Shown here piece by piece: positions 12,181 through 25,379 of a stretch of DNA of 61,034 nucleotides; positions within the stretch are counted from its first letter, which is position 1; each line of letters begins with the position of its first letter. The notes beneath the pieces are model-generated. The model ran no database searches. It was not told where the DNA came from and saw only the letters and a list, made by a program, of their open reading frames with translations. Made by a program: the position numbers and the translations under genes. Location of the stretch: positions 25,890,170 through 25,951,203 of the forward strand of contig NC_068996.1 in NCBI RefSeq assembly GCF_001194135.2. The letters are read 5' to 3'. Origin of the DNA: Octopus bimaculoides. Taxonomy: Eukaryota.

Positions 12181-12370
12181 GGTTGCACTGAACACACAAC
12201 TTAGCCATAGAAGGTTGAGGATAATAATATGCACTTCAATTCTGAAAAATTCCAAGCCTTACACTATCAGCAAGCAAAACTAAATGCAATGCAGACAAAA
12301 TACACTGAAGCAGGATGGATTGTAGTCCCAGAATCACAATCAGTACATGACCAGGACATTGACATGAGTG
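12181..12370 (+). mobile_element. CR1-type LINE RT fragment
   Basis: Translation [17 protein letters not shown]...VPESQSVHDQDIDMS resembles the CR1 RT WAxxNNMxFNxxKF...VRDLGV segment. Confidence 0.65.
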
Positions 12371-12394
12371 CTGGTAGCATGTAAAAGAACTCAT

Positions 12395-12566
12395 TACACT
12401 CTCAGAGTGGTTGGCATTAGGAAGGGCATCCAGCCATAGAAAACCATGCCAAAAACCATGCCAAATCAGACTGGAGTTTGGTGCAGCCTTCCAGCGTGCC
12501 AGCCTGGTCAAACCGTCCAACCCATGCCAGCATGGACCACAGACGTTAAATGATGATGATGATGAT
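12395..12566 (+). mobile_element. RTE-family 3' end
   Basis: cagagtggttggcattaggaagggcatccagc...agacgttaaa(tga)n. Confidence 0.85.
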
Positions 12567-12569
12567 ATA

Positions 12570-13434
12570 CATGGTGCAATGGTTAAATTGTTGCCATTTT
12601 ATATTAATTTCACATATGTGCATTGTTTGTTTTTGATTTTGTCAGCTACACAGTATAGTAGGGTTAATTGGGCACCATCTGTGAGAAAAACAGCACCATG
12701 ATGCAATTCACTCTGCCAGAAATTTGGAATCAACATGCTGTACTTCTTGGCATTCACATCCGAAGCTCCAATACAAATGTTGGGTGTCAATCTGAGGACA
12801 TGTACTGAGAGTGATAAAAATCAAACATCCAGTCAACATCATGGTGTTTGGAGTGATCACTAGTGATGGTGATGTTATGCTCCCATTCATCTTCCCACAT
12901 GGCCCCAGACTCAACATGGAGGCCTACATCCAAGTGTCTGGAGGAGGTAGTGCTGCCCTGGGTCAAGGGGCTGGCTGTTGGAAGATTCTATGTCTGGCAA
13001 AAGAACTCTGCACCATTCCACACAAGCAGGAGAACCCAGTCATGGCTGACAGACAATTTCTGTGACCACATCACCCCTAACATCTGACCACCTAGATCCC
13101 CAGACTGCAACCCCCTTGATTATTATGTGTGGGTTGCAGTTGAGTGAGAGACCAACAAGACTCCTTGTAAAACTAAAGATGAACTGAAGGCAAGGATTAC
13201 AGCAGTATTCACCAACTTAAACAAGGAAACCATCCAGACATCCAGAAAAGTTGCAGGAGATTCCGAAGTCGTCTGGAGGCAGTGGTTGAAACCAATGGCG
13301 ATTTTATTGAATAAATTTGCTCTTTAGTATTTCAAAATATTTTTATGTAATTTTGGTAAATATATCTGTTAAAATGAGATGTCTGTGTTATTTTCATTTT
13401 TGTGTAAGTTAGATGACAGTTTATTCACCGCATA
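12570..13434 (+). mobile_element. Internally deleted maT/mori (DD37D) Tc1/mariner element
   Basis: N-terminus EIWNQHAVLLGIHIRSSNTN fused at ~12803 to KHPVNIMVFGVITSDG...NSAPFHTS...PPRSPDCNPLDYYVW...LEAVVETNGDFIE*; degenerate TIRs at ~12570-12600 and ~13410-13434 in TA context. Confidence 0.85.
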
Positions 13435-13769
13435 TATATTGTATTTTTGATTCTCCATCTGAAGAATTTCTAGTAGCAAATTTCTTACATGTTTATCCAA
13501 CATGTACAACTTTGTGATTCCTATTATCAAATGTATAATGGTGAATAAATAATACCCCCAAAAATGTTTTCCAGTATTTTCAGCTCTAACATGTAACTCA
13601 TATAACAATTGCATTAACTTCATACTGGATTGTAATTCTGGGATAAGCAGATGTGCTTCAAAAGGACACCTAGGATTTTACCCTACCTACATAGTATGAG
13701 TGTGTGTGTGTGTATGCACACACATATAAATACCCCCCCCCCCCACACACACACATGCAGATTTTACAG

Positions 13770-13844
13770 TTTGAGTCTTTTATACTGAGTGCCTATGAAA
13801 TGGTAATCCTCATCCAGGAATATTTATATAACACTATGCAGAAT
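13770..13844 (+). CDS. Candidate host exon (FESFILSAYEMVILIQEYLYNTMQN), product not recognised
   Basis: ttttacAG acceptor, GTAAGG donor at 13845, 75 nt, phase 0-0, no stop; no similarity to other repeats in the window. Confidence 0.3.
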
Positions 13845-14977
13845 GTAAGGATGTAAAGAAGGAAAAGCCAATGAGGTCAACAATCTCTGGGACACAAATA
13901 CCTTTTATTAATGAACAAAACTTTTAATTTCAGAGCAGTTATTCTTAGCCTTTTGATTAGTTTTCCATTTCTATGAATCACCAAAGAATGTAGTTAAAGC
14001 AGGAATTAATTAATCATTCTACTTCTCTCTTGTACAGACCTGGTACCAATGATTATGTCATGAAGCTTTCATTCAATATTACATTTCACATTTTAGCTTT
14101 CACTGGGGGAAAAAAAAAAAAANNNNNNNNNNNNNNNNNNNNNNNNNNNNNNNNNNNNNNNNNNNNNNNNNNNNNNNNNNNNNNNNNNNNNNNNNNNNNN
14201 NNNNNNNNNNNNNNNNNNNNNNNNNNNNNNNNNNNNNNNNNNNNNNNNNNNNNNNNNNNNNNNNNNNNNNNNNNNNNNNNNNNNNNNNNNNNNNNNNNNN
14301 NNNNNNNNNNNNNNNNNNNNNNNNNNNNNNNNNNNNNNNNNNNNNNNNNNNNNNNNNNNNNNNNNNNNNNNNNNNNNNNNNNNNNNNNNNNNNNNNNNNN
14401 NNNNNNNNNNNNNNNNNNNNNNNNNNNNNNNNNNNNNNNNNNNNNNNNNNNNNNNNNNNNNNNNNNNNNNNNNNNNNNNNNNNNNNNNNNNNNNNNNNNN
14501 NNNNNNNNNNNNNNNNNNNNNNNNNNNNNNNNNNNNNNNNNNNNNNNNNNNNNNNNNNNNNNNNNNNNNNNNNNNNNNNNNNNNNNNNNNNNNNNNNNNN
14601 NNNNNNNNNNNNNNNNNNNNNNNNNNNNNNNNNNNNNNNNNNNNNNNNNNNNNNNNNNNNNNNNNNNNNNNNNNNNNNNNNNNNNNNNNNNNNNNNNNNN
14701 NNNNNNNNNNNNNNNNNNNNNNNNNNNNNNNNNNNNNNNNNNNNNNNNNNNNNNNNNNNNNNNNNNNNNNNNNNNNNNNNNNNNNNNNNNNNNNNNNNNN
14801 NNNNNNNNNNNNNNNNNNNAGAAAAGAAAAGGAAAAATTTTATGACAATGTTTATAATGTAAACCAATAATTTCATCCCAATTTCAGTGCATCGAAGCTA
14901 AAACAAGAAATATTACACAATAATACATACACACACACACACACGCACCCACGCATGCAACCATGCATGCGCGCGCG

Positions 14978-15026
<49 letters not shown>

Positions 15027-15146
15027 ATATGTGTGTATGCATGTTTGTATAAAGATAGACAGATAGATAGATAGATAGATAGATGGATGGATGGATGGAT
15101 GGATGGATGGATGGATGGATAGGTAGGTAGATAGATAGATAGATGT

Positions 15147-15690
15147 GAAAGTGCATGACTTAGTGATTAAGGTATTTGGCTCATAATCATAAGGTCGTGA
15201 GTTCGATCCTTGGTAGCACATTGCGTCCTTGAGCAAAACACTTTATTTCACATTACTCCAGGCCAGTCAGCTAGCAAAAATGAATTGTATCTGTATTTCA
15301 AAGGGCCAGCTTTGTCACATTCAGTGTCACAATGAATCGCCCTGAAAGCTATGGTAACTCTTTAGCATTCAGATTACTATGTCAAATGCAATTTATATTA
15401 AAATTTTTTTGAATTAATCATACATTCCTTTATAGTTTTGAGGTTTCAATTATGTGATTGGTTATTTTTAGAATGTCAGTGTAGGTTTATGTGTGAGAGG
15501 CTAGGTACGGCCAGTTTGAATATAAAATGTGTAGAATATTTCGACCAGATATGGCTAGTTTAAATGCTAAAGGGTTAAGGGTATGCATATCTGTGGAGTG
15601 CTCAGCCACTTGTACATTAATTTCACAAGTAGGCTGTTATGGTGATTGGATCAACTGGAATACTTGTGATTGTAACTAGCATCATGCCAA
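15147..15690 (+). mobile_element. SINE (head B, tail X) interrupted by a piggyBac-type MITE
   Basis: Head gcatgacttagtgattaagg...gagttcgatcc; the tail resumes after the MITE as gggtatgcatatctgtggagtgctcagccac, matching ~34590-34620. Confidence 0.8.
15358..15574. mobile_element. piggyBac-type MITE (TIR CCCTTTAGCATT)
   Basis: gtaa|ctctttagcattc ... aatgctaaaggg|ttaa; sits at the SINE's TTAA site. Confidence 0.8.
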
Positions 15691-15710
15691 TTAGATAGGA
15701 AGATAAAGAG

Positions 15711-15757
<47 letters not shown>

Positions 15758-15776
15758 TACACACACACACACACAC

Positions 15777-16063
15777 AAGGAAATAATTTTATTTTCAAAT
15801 GCAGGATAATGCTAATAATATATAGCATGAACAGGATAAACTATCCATATTTTGCAGAAAAATCTGTTGGTGGTCAGCCATGAGACTCAAACTCACATCC
15901 CTGTGATTACAAATGGTAAAGCACTTGATGTGTAATCACAGGGATGTGAGTTTGAGTCTCGTGGCTGGCCGCTGACAGATTTTTCTGCAAAATATGGATA
16001 GTTTATCCTGTTCATGCTATATTATTAGCATTATCCTGTATTTGAGAATGAAATTATTTCCTT
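15777..16063. repeat. Fold-back palindrome with a tRNA-like centre
   Basis: Arms 15777-15911 and 15931-16063 are about 90% complementary, with a 19-nt loop; tggtaaagc...tgtaa...gtgagtttgagtctc is tRNA-like. Confidence 0.9.
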
Positions 16064-16084
16064 ATCTGTACCTTTCAATACATC

Positions 16085-16348
16085 TCAACGCTTCTAAAGC
16101 AAACTTTGTTTGTTGACTTTCATTGTAAATTGAATATGTGTGTGTATATATATACATATATATGTATATATTGGGAGAGAATTCACAAAAAAAAAAAAAA
16201 AGACAAAGACAGGTGGTGTAGAAAACAAACATGTATTAGTATAACGCTTCGGATGTGAAAAAGTCTTTAACCTTTTGAGCCTACGCGTTTCCACAGAAAG
16301 GAACACAGAAAGAAACAAGGAGAGAAAAAAAATGTGTGTAGTGGCTAG

Positions 16349-16352
<4 letters not shown>
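16085..16352 (-). mobile_element. Probable Penelope-type terminal (pLTR-like) repeat with a decayed hammerhead-like layout
   Basis: Minus strand cttt-ctgtgga-aacgcgtaggctc-aaaaggtt-aaag; family assignment is from recognition only. Confidence 0.4.
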
Positions 16353-16403
<51 letters not shown>

Positions 16404-17032
16404 TATATATATGCATATGCATTGTAGAATATCTGTGAGTGTACACACATACACACTATCTGACCAATGCCAGCATGGAAGATAGACATTGAATGATAAT
16501 GATGCAAATACACTATTATTATATAATATATATGTATGTAAGTGTATAAATACATACATATATATACATATATAAGATCTTTATATTTTTCTTCCTCTTC
16601 ATCCTTCTCGCATGATTTCTATACTAATTATCATCTCCTAATCAAACTTTTATTTACTTTTTGTTTCCTGGAAGATGTACTATGTAAAAGGGCATCTTTG
16701 ATGCTAGTCTGATGAAGTGCCACTTAATGTCTAAAATTACAAATTTTACATAAACCGTTATTCAAATATTGCATAAACTAGTGTTGCAAGCAGAGTTGGT
16801 ATAGAGACAACTGTAACTGATCATTAAAGATGTATTAAAGCATTTGTTTTATTATTTGGAATCTATTTTACTCTTCACTACACCCACACAACAGTTTTAC
16901 TATCATGAAACCAGGATTTTTTACACCCGAAGAATTTCGATATTGGTCTGGAATTCCAGTATTGATAGCCCAGAACTTGGGTTGAGTAATTCTCTGGAAA
17001 TACCCTACTTTTATACCCTGCCAGGACTATAA

Positions 17033-17079
<47 letters not shown>

Positions 17080-18040
17080 NNNNNNNNNNNNNNNNNNNNN
17101 NNNNNNNNNNNNNNNNNNNNNNNNNNNNNNNNNNNNNNNNNNNNNNNNNNNNNNNNNNNNNNNNNNNNNNNNNNNNNNNNNNNNNNNNNNNNNNNNNNNN
17201 NNNNNNNNNNNNNNNNNNNNNNNNNNNNNNNNNNNNNNNNNNNNNNNNNNNNNNNNNNNNNNNNNNNNNNNNNNNNNNNNNNNNNNNNNNNNNNNNNNNN
17301 NNNNNNNNNNNNNNNNNNNNNNNNNNNNNNNNNNNNNNNNNNNNNNNNNNNNNNNNNNNNNNNNNNNNNNNNNNNNNNNNNNNNNNNNNNNNNNNNNNNN
17401 NNNNNNNNNNNNNNNNNNNNNNNNNNNNNNNNNNNNNNNNNNNNNNNNNNNNNNNNNNNNNNNNNNNNNNNNNNNNNNNNNNNNNNNNNNNNNNNNNNNN
17501 NNNNNNNNNNNNNNNNNNNNNNNNNNNNNNNNNNNNNNNNNNNNNNNNNNNNNNNNNNNNNNNNNNNNNNNNNNNNNNNNNNNNNNNNNNNNNNNNNNNN
17601 NNNNNNNNNNNNNNNNNNNNNNNNNNNNNNNNNNNNNNNNNNNNNNNNNNNNNNNNNNNNNNNNNNNNNNNNNNNNNNNNNNNNNNNNNNNNNNNNNNNN
17701 NNNNNNNNNNNNNNNNNNNNNNNNNNNNNNNNNNNNNNNNNNNNNNNNNNNNNNNNNNNNNNNNNNNNNNNNNNNNNNNNNNNNNNNNNNNNNNNNNNNN
17801 NNNNNNNNNNNNNNNNNNNNNNNNNNNNNNNNNNNNNNNNNNNNNNNNNNNNNNNNNNNNNNNNNNNNNNNNNNNNNNNNNNNNATGGAAGGTTTTCGAA
17901 GGACCGGAGAGATTATGTCCGGGTGGAGAATTATAACAGATATAGTACTATACAAAATACCGAAAGGATCTTCACCTCTTACATCACACATTTCTTCTTA
18001 CTTCAACGTCAAGATGGTATAATTTCCTGGGAGAGAGATA

Positions 18041-18159
18041 ATTTTGCGGCTGAAGATAGCTTTACATTGTAGATTATACACATATTATATTATGTTATAT
18101 TATATTATGTTATATTATATTATACACATGTAGAGCTTGAAACATGTGTACCGCGGAAT
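18041..18159 (+). ncRNA. Type I hammerhead ribozyme motif with an intact core
   Basis: Stem I AUUUUGCGG/CCGCGGAAU (9 bp, 2 GU); CUGAAGA 18050-18056; stem II AGCUUUACA/UGUAGAGCU (9 bp); GAAA 18139-18142; helix III ACA-UG-UGU; GUA cleavage triplet ending at 18150. Confidence 0.85.
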
Positions 18160-18207
18160 CCTTTGTAGTTTTGTTGTTATTTTTTTCTTTTGGATTTATA
18201 ATTTATT

Positions 18208-18263
<56 letters not shown>

Positions 18264-18288
18264 ATGTACATGTATGTGTGTGTGCATG

Positions 18289-18320
<32 letters not shown>

Positions 18321-18501
18321 ATGTACATGTGTGTGTGTGCGCGTGTATGTATATATATGCATACACACATACATACATACAGCAGTCAAATGGCAGAGTT
18401 GCTAATGTGTTAAAGAGATTACCTTTCATCCTTCTGGGATCAATACAGTACCGATTCTGTACTCAGAATGATACTTTTCTCTTTCTTTCTGATTATGTCA
18501 C

Positions 18502-18548
<47 letters not shown>

Positions 18549-19744
18549 ATTTAGAGTAGTCCGGTGGGCTGTTACTCTAGAATTCCATGCCTTGCAGCTG
18601 CTTTTTCAGGCAATTCAAAATGAGCCAATTTTGATTTGTCTGAAGTGCCTAAATATTTGTGAGCAGATATAGACAGTCTCTTGACACATCCTCAACTCAG
18701 TGGGACATCAAGAATCTGACAACAGGAGAAAGAGGAGGCAGCTGGATGTCACAAAATTTCAGCTAAGACAATCAGAACAACATAAGATGAAGTTCTTTGT
18801 TCAAGGACACCACATGTTGCCCAGCCTATGAGGTGAACACATGACCATATGTTCCTGAGCTCAACTACATCACAAACCTTTACTAATGTAATGTAGTATG
18901 TATAAATATTATGCTAAAACACACACCCATGGTTTCCAAGAAGAATCTGAAGATGGTTGCTTTTGGACCCCAGGAAGATGTGGTCTATTCTCAAAATTCA
19001 AAAGATAAGGGCTTTTACCTGACTTTTCTTTGTTTTTTTTTTCTTTTTAGAAAACAACCCCTCAAGTAACCACAAGACATTATGACTATATATACATATA
19101 TATATATATAGCATTCAATACACACACACTTCTCTACGTCTGGCTGTACAGCCTTTTTGTTTGTTTATTTCACCGTTTCGTTTTCCTGTCTTGTTTTCCG
19201 TCCGCCACTATCCTCCACGAAAAAAATTCAATTTGTGTTCGTGGGAAGAGCCATTTTAACGATGCGTCCTGCCCTAACTCTTTGAAACGCCAGTGTTTTA
19301 ATGGTGGCAGCTGATGAAGGATATGTTCTCTATGTGGCCTGCTTGTTTTTTGTACCTTGTTTATCATTTTGTTCATGTTTTTTTGCAACGTCATGTTCCC
19401 AGATATGTATTTATATGTACATGTAGATGAAGGTATGTACATACATGTACATATATATGCATATACTCATATATTGTTTAGCCATCCGGTTGCACCAGTC
19501 CTCAGTCAAATCGTCCAACCNNNNNNNNNNNNNNNNNNNNNNNNNNNNNNNNNNNNNNNNNNNNNNNNNNNNNNNNNNNNNNNNNNNNNNNNNNNNNNNN
19601 NNNNNNNNNNNNNNNNNNNNNNNNNNNNNNNNNNNNNNNNNNNNNNNNNNNNNNNNNNNNNNNNNNNNNNNNNNNNNNNNNNNNNNNNNNNNNNNNNNNN
19701 NNNNNNNNNNNNNNNNNNNNNNNNNNNNNNNNNNNNNNNNNNNN

Positions 19745-19790
<46 letters not shown>

Positions 19791-19876
19791 TTTTGAAGTG
19801 GTGTACAGATACTGTATATGAATGCCTCCTTTTTCCATAATATATATATATATGTATGTATGTACGTATGTATGTA

Positions 19877-21142
19877 TTGGATCATCCCATAAGTAATGTA
19901 TGTTTTTATACTTCATATATTTAAAAAAATTACGATAAAGTTCTTTTTTAATCTTAAATATACTCTCCTTCATTTTCTGCAATGCTTTTCCATCTATCCG
20001 ATAGACTTGCAAGGCTCCTCTTTCAAAATTCACTTGTCCATGATGAAAAATATCCTCCAGTACTGTTCTGATCTCATATGCGGAATTCATATTTTTCCCG
20101 TTCAAATGATTTTGAAGACTGTGGAATAAATGATAATCAGATGGGGCAATGTCTGGCGAATATGATGGGTGGGGCATCATTTCCCATTCAAACTGCTCCA
20201 GCCTTTGGAATTTCATCCTCGCTGTATGTGGCTGAGCATTATCCTGATGGAAGAACACCTTTTGTCTTGAAACCAAAGATGGTCATTTTTCTTCTAGCGC
20301 TGCTCAAGTTGCTCACAGTAGATCTCCTTTGTTATCATTTGGTTTGGGTTTAAAAGTTCAAAGTGGACTAAACCTTTCACATCCCATTAAACAGACAACA
20401 ACACTTACATGGGTGAAGACCTTCTTTAGCCTGGGGTGCCAGTGTTTTTCCTTTCCCTACGTACTGTCTTCAGTGCTTGACATTTTTATAGAGGACCCAT
20501 TATTCGTCACTAGTCACTTTTCGGTCCAAAAAAGGTTAATTCATGACACATGACAGCAAAGAAGAGCACACATTCACTCTCTGCACACAATGAGACTTGG
20601 AAAATTTGTATGGAACCCAATTTGCTGACTTTTCCGATGGCACACAGGTGTCAATGAATGGTTGAATGACCAAATTTAAACTTCTCTGCTAGTTCCTCAA
20701 CAGTTATGGGATTTCGTTCCACCAGAGTTTGCAGAATGTCCTTGTTGAACTAAACAAATCTTCCAGGATGCAGCTTGTATTCTAAGCTGTAGTGTGTGGC
20801 TTGGAATTTCTGGAATCATCATTGACATTGGTTTATGCTTATAGTCTAATCTCCATATACTGCATTAATATTCCTTGCACTTTTTGTTGCGTTGTTGCCT
20901 TTATTGAACTCACAAAGCAAAATATGCCGAATATGCTCCTTTGCCACTTCCATAATAGCATTGCAAAAATAATTGTTAAAATTGAACTGCACTCTTCAAA
21001 AGTTGCACTAAGAATAAGGACAGGATAAAATTACTACTACCTGCTTTTATAACAAGTTGATGCTGGTATTTTATCCCTTCTTCCTCCAACTTTTAGTTTA
21101 TGCAATTGCAAAAAAACCCACATTATTTATGGGATGACCCAA
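19877..21142 (-). mobile_element. Full-length decayed mariner (DD34D), 1266 bp
   Basis: TA-flanked TIRs ttggatcatcccataagtaatg and cattatttatgggatgacccaa (20/22 match); HQDNAQPH...HPSYSPDIAPSDYHLF motifs; ORF broken. Confidence 0.95.
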
Positions 21143-22808
21143 TATATAAGGGATGATAACCCAAGCTGTGTAAATCTTCAGATAGTCTGAAGATTTATAC
21201 ATGAGAAAAGATTTAAATGTATGCATGTATTATGATTTTATCATATTTATATTATTAATAATATTTTTATTTATAAAATGTATCTACCATATTATAATGA
21301 AACATTTGTAACTATAGTATTAAAATAGTAATATAAATTCTAGTCATTGTTTTAATAATTATATATATATTTAGTACAATGTTTGTCATTGGCAGTGGTA
21401 GTAGTAGGGTCTGTGAGGATTAAAAAGGAGGGCAGACAAATGGTCGTGTTTAATAAAATGAAAAGATTTTCTAAACATTTAAAATTTCCTCAACATAGCA
21501 ATGGAAAATAAAGAATTATATGGGTACAAAATCTGTCGTTTCTTATTGTTAGGAAAAGGGTGAGGAGGTTGTGAAACTTCAGCTCATTCGTTTGGATATG
21601 GCTGTGCAATAGAGGAGTTGGTATTTGTCACTTTGAGAAACACAGGTCTAATTGATTTCACCAATACAAAATGTCAACAAAAATAAATGAATACATAAAT
21701 AAATAAAAACTTAAAAAATTCAAGACTTGCAGGTAATTTTAATAATTCATGCATTCACCAATTTGTTTCAAATGAAAATAACAAGACTTATATAAGAGAT
21801 TAAATAATACACTACCATTACCATCACCACCTCAAACACCTCCATTGCCAACAATACCACCATCACCACAATCACCAACACTGCAAACATCAGCATCATA
21901 AACATCACCACCATCATCATTACAACCACCACCGTTACTTTTCATGTAGACATCTTTAACAAAATCAATCCTTTGTTTTAAGACTCACATCTATTTTCAT
22001 TTGTCTGTCCCACTAGAAATTGTCTGTTAATCCTCTTATCCTTGTTTAGTTTCTTCTGACTAACAGTCTGACTTTTATTAGTAAAAAATTGAAAATTTCC
22101 CCCCAATTAGTTTGGAAACCCTCTAATAATCATTTACCTATGAGATTGCTTTGATTAAACTTTCTTTTTTTTCTTCTCTTTTTCGTTTTTTGCAATCCCT
22201 ATTTGTAGCTTTTCTTTGGTTCTAAAACAATAACAGTTTCATCTTCTTCTTTTGAGGCCCCAGCATAATTATTTCAGGCATTTAAGTGTCACTAAGTGAT
22301 AATGTTACAACCATATTTTCATATGAATCTCTCTGTACCCCACCTCTCTCTATATATATATATGTATCACTCTCTCTGTATTTGAGTCTCTATGAAATGT
22401 ATTTGCCATCTGCATGAAACTGTTACATAACATGTAATCTAAAAATTGCATATAAATTTTCAAAGAGAAACGAAACAAGGCAAATTGAAATTAAAGTTTT
22501 GTGAATATATTTCTGCTGAACTAATTCCTGGCACGTACATTTGGGGTATCACTAAAACACACACACACACACACTTGTACTTTTTCCACCATGTTGTAAC
22601 TTCCTCTAGATTTGTATGATAACAATGGTTTGATTATGACTGAGAGGGTGGGGCTTGGTAGGAGGAGTGGGAATAACTTACTCATGAAGACAATGGCCTA
22701 TAAGTCTACTACTGAGACAAAGTCGTATTTTTATTTATTCAATAAACGATGTAGGTGCGTGGTGTAATATAGTATCATATTGCTAATACCTTTATATAAA
22801 GGTATAAT

Positions 22809-22845
<37 letters not shown>

Positions 22846-23153
22846 AGACACAGACACACACACACACACACAGACACACACACACACACAGACACACACA
22901 CACACACAGACACANNNNNNNNNNNNNNNNNNNNNNNNNNNNNNNNNNNNNNNNNNNNNNNNNNNNNNNNNNNNNNNNNNNNNNNNNNNNNNNNNNNNNN
23001 NNNNNNNNNNNNNNNNNNNNNNNNNNNNNNNNNNNNNNNNNNNNNNNNNNNNNNNNNNNNNNNNNNNNNNNNNNNNNNNNNNNNNNNNNNNNNNNNNNNN
23101 NNNNNNNNNNNNNNNNNNNNNNNNNNNNNNNACAGACACACACACACACAGAG

Positions 23154-23217
<64 letters not shown>

Positions 23218-23289
23218 CATATCCTTATATATATATATGTTGACATTGATATGTTGACATTGATATATACATGTCTATAGCTAATACAT

Positions 23290-23920
23290 TTTCTTGAATG
23301 CTCTGGAGGATCCCAAGATGTAGTAGATAGTTTCTGTTCCCAGGGTGACCCACTTAACAGTGGAGGCAGATATTCTGACAATATAGCTGCTAGAATAAAA
23401 ATAAGACGGAGAAAATTTTTGAGAGTTATTACCTCTGTGGATTGAAAAAGGTTCCTGAGAGTGAAAGGTAAATTGAATGATATTTGTGTGCAAACAACAA
23501 TGCTACATGGTAGTGAGACATGGGACCATGAGGGCAGAGAACATGTGGAAACTAGAAAGGAATGAAACTAGTATGCTCCACTGGATGTACAATATCAATG
23601 TGTATGTATGACAAAATGCAAAGGAATTGTGAGAAAGATTAGACATAAGAGAAATCAGATGTAGTGAGAAAGAATGAAGACTGCACTGATTTGGTCATGT
23701 GATGTGTATAAATAAAGACAGGTGCATAAAGAAGTGCCAATTGCTCAAAATGAGTGAAACTTGCAGATGAGGGAGACCTAGAAAGACATAGAATGAAGCA
23801 GTGAAGGCTGACTGCATGATTTTGAACCTAATGGAGGAAGTGACAAAAGATTGATATGATTGGCAATTCACTATGCTGGAGAGGACCCATTCATTACAGC
23901 CCAAATGAGATCCCTAGAGC
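23290..23920 (+). mobile_element. Decayed RTE LINE RT C-terminal fragment
   Basis: Translates to SGGSQDVVDSF...SGGRYSDNIAARIKI...MLHGSETW...ERNETSMLHW with stops and frameshifts. Confidence 0.8.
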
Positions 23921-25216
23921 ATTTTGTATATTGTTGAATGTAATGGATACTACCCTTAAACACATTCTGCCCCATCAAGCATTCTCAACATTTCATTCTC
24001 CTGGCATCCATCTCTTCATCACTCTTTTGTCTATGGCACTACTTGCCAACTGTGATCACTCGAGAGCAGATCAACACATATTACATATCCCCATTCTTGG
24101 AACTGTCTGTTACAGCCTTCCTCTCCCCATTGGAACAACTTTCATCTCTCATTCTTATTACCATCCCTTCCCACACTATTTACATGAATCACCTCCTTTC
24201 TGTGCTTTCAGCCATGGCTCTCTTTTCTCTGTCATACTCCATTCTAATACTTCACATCTGCTCTCTTTTTTCCCTGCACTCTCTTATATCCACCATCATG
24301 CCCCACTCACTATAGCCACCCTCATGTACCCTACCTCATCACCCCTACACCTTGCACATCATTCCCCAACTTTCTAATACTCTTTCTTGAGCCACTTCTA
24401 TCTCTCTCGTCCACTAGTATTTCCCCTCAAACACATCTTGTTCATCACTTACTACATTCTCCTCTACTCCTGTCTCTAATCATCTCTTACTCTCCCCTCA
24501 CACTTTTATGAAACCATCCCATCTGTTCTACTGTTTGTGCTCATCTTCTTTTACCTTGCGAATTCGTTCTGGAATTACCATCTTTATATTCTTTGCAGCT
24601 GCTCCCAAAAACCCTTATATATTGGTGAGCAGTCATGCATCTCTTCCATAGCATCTTTACAACACACCCAATCCATTTCATGAAAAATATGGTTACAAAA
24701 GTGTTAATGGCATCAAATCCTTTCTCTCATCAATGAGTGTATTAGAATGGACCAGGTGTATTTAATACTATTACAACACTACAGATGTTGTAGTCAAAGG
24801 CTGAAAGCTTCTTCCCTAAATATTGACACAAATTAACATGTATAAAATAAGCCAAATGTCTTGTATGTATATGTACAAACCTGACAATAAAACTGTTCTC
24901 AAGATATATATGAAAGTGTATATGTGTATAGGTTACATTATGTCATACACACATACACACAAACACATGCACACATTCCCCCCACACACACACACACGCA
25001 CACACATCCACAATAATCTTCAAAGTCAGTTTGACATCTATTGAGGCTTGATGGTTTCCACTTGATGTTATGGTTCAGATTTAATTACATGCTAACATAC
25101 ATTTGTCTGTCTATCTATCAACAGATAGATAAAGAAACTGACATACATACATACATACATACATATGTATATATGTATATATATATATATACATATATAT
25201 ATATACATATATATAC

Positions 25217-25273
<57 letters not shown>

Positions 25274-25379
25274 TGTGTATATGCATGTGTATATGCATAA
25301 ATATATGTATATATTCATACATATACATACACACACACACACACACACACACTGACACACACACACACACACACACACA

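Noticed and set aside
16700-16750. CTGATGAAGTGCC hammerhead-like start
   Set aside because: No GAAA (reads TAAA) and no paired stems.
19270-19330. GAAAC upstream of CTGATGA, suggesting a permuted hammerhead
   Set aside because: No consistent stems I and III could be drawn.
21168-21200. 12-bp perfect hairpin next to the mariner end
   Set aside because: Too short and AT-rich to exclude chance; no associated feature.
23920-24560. Pyrimidine-rich ORFs (also 645-947, 6683-6955, 26140-26325, and 38669-39058 on the minus strand)
   Set aside because: Compositionally biased, low-complexity sequence with no recognisable motifs or splice support.
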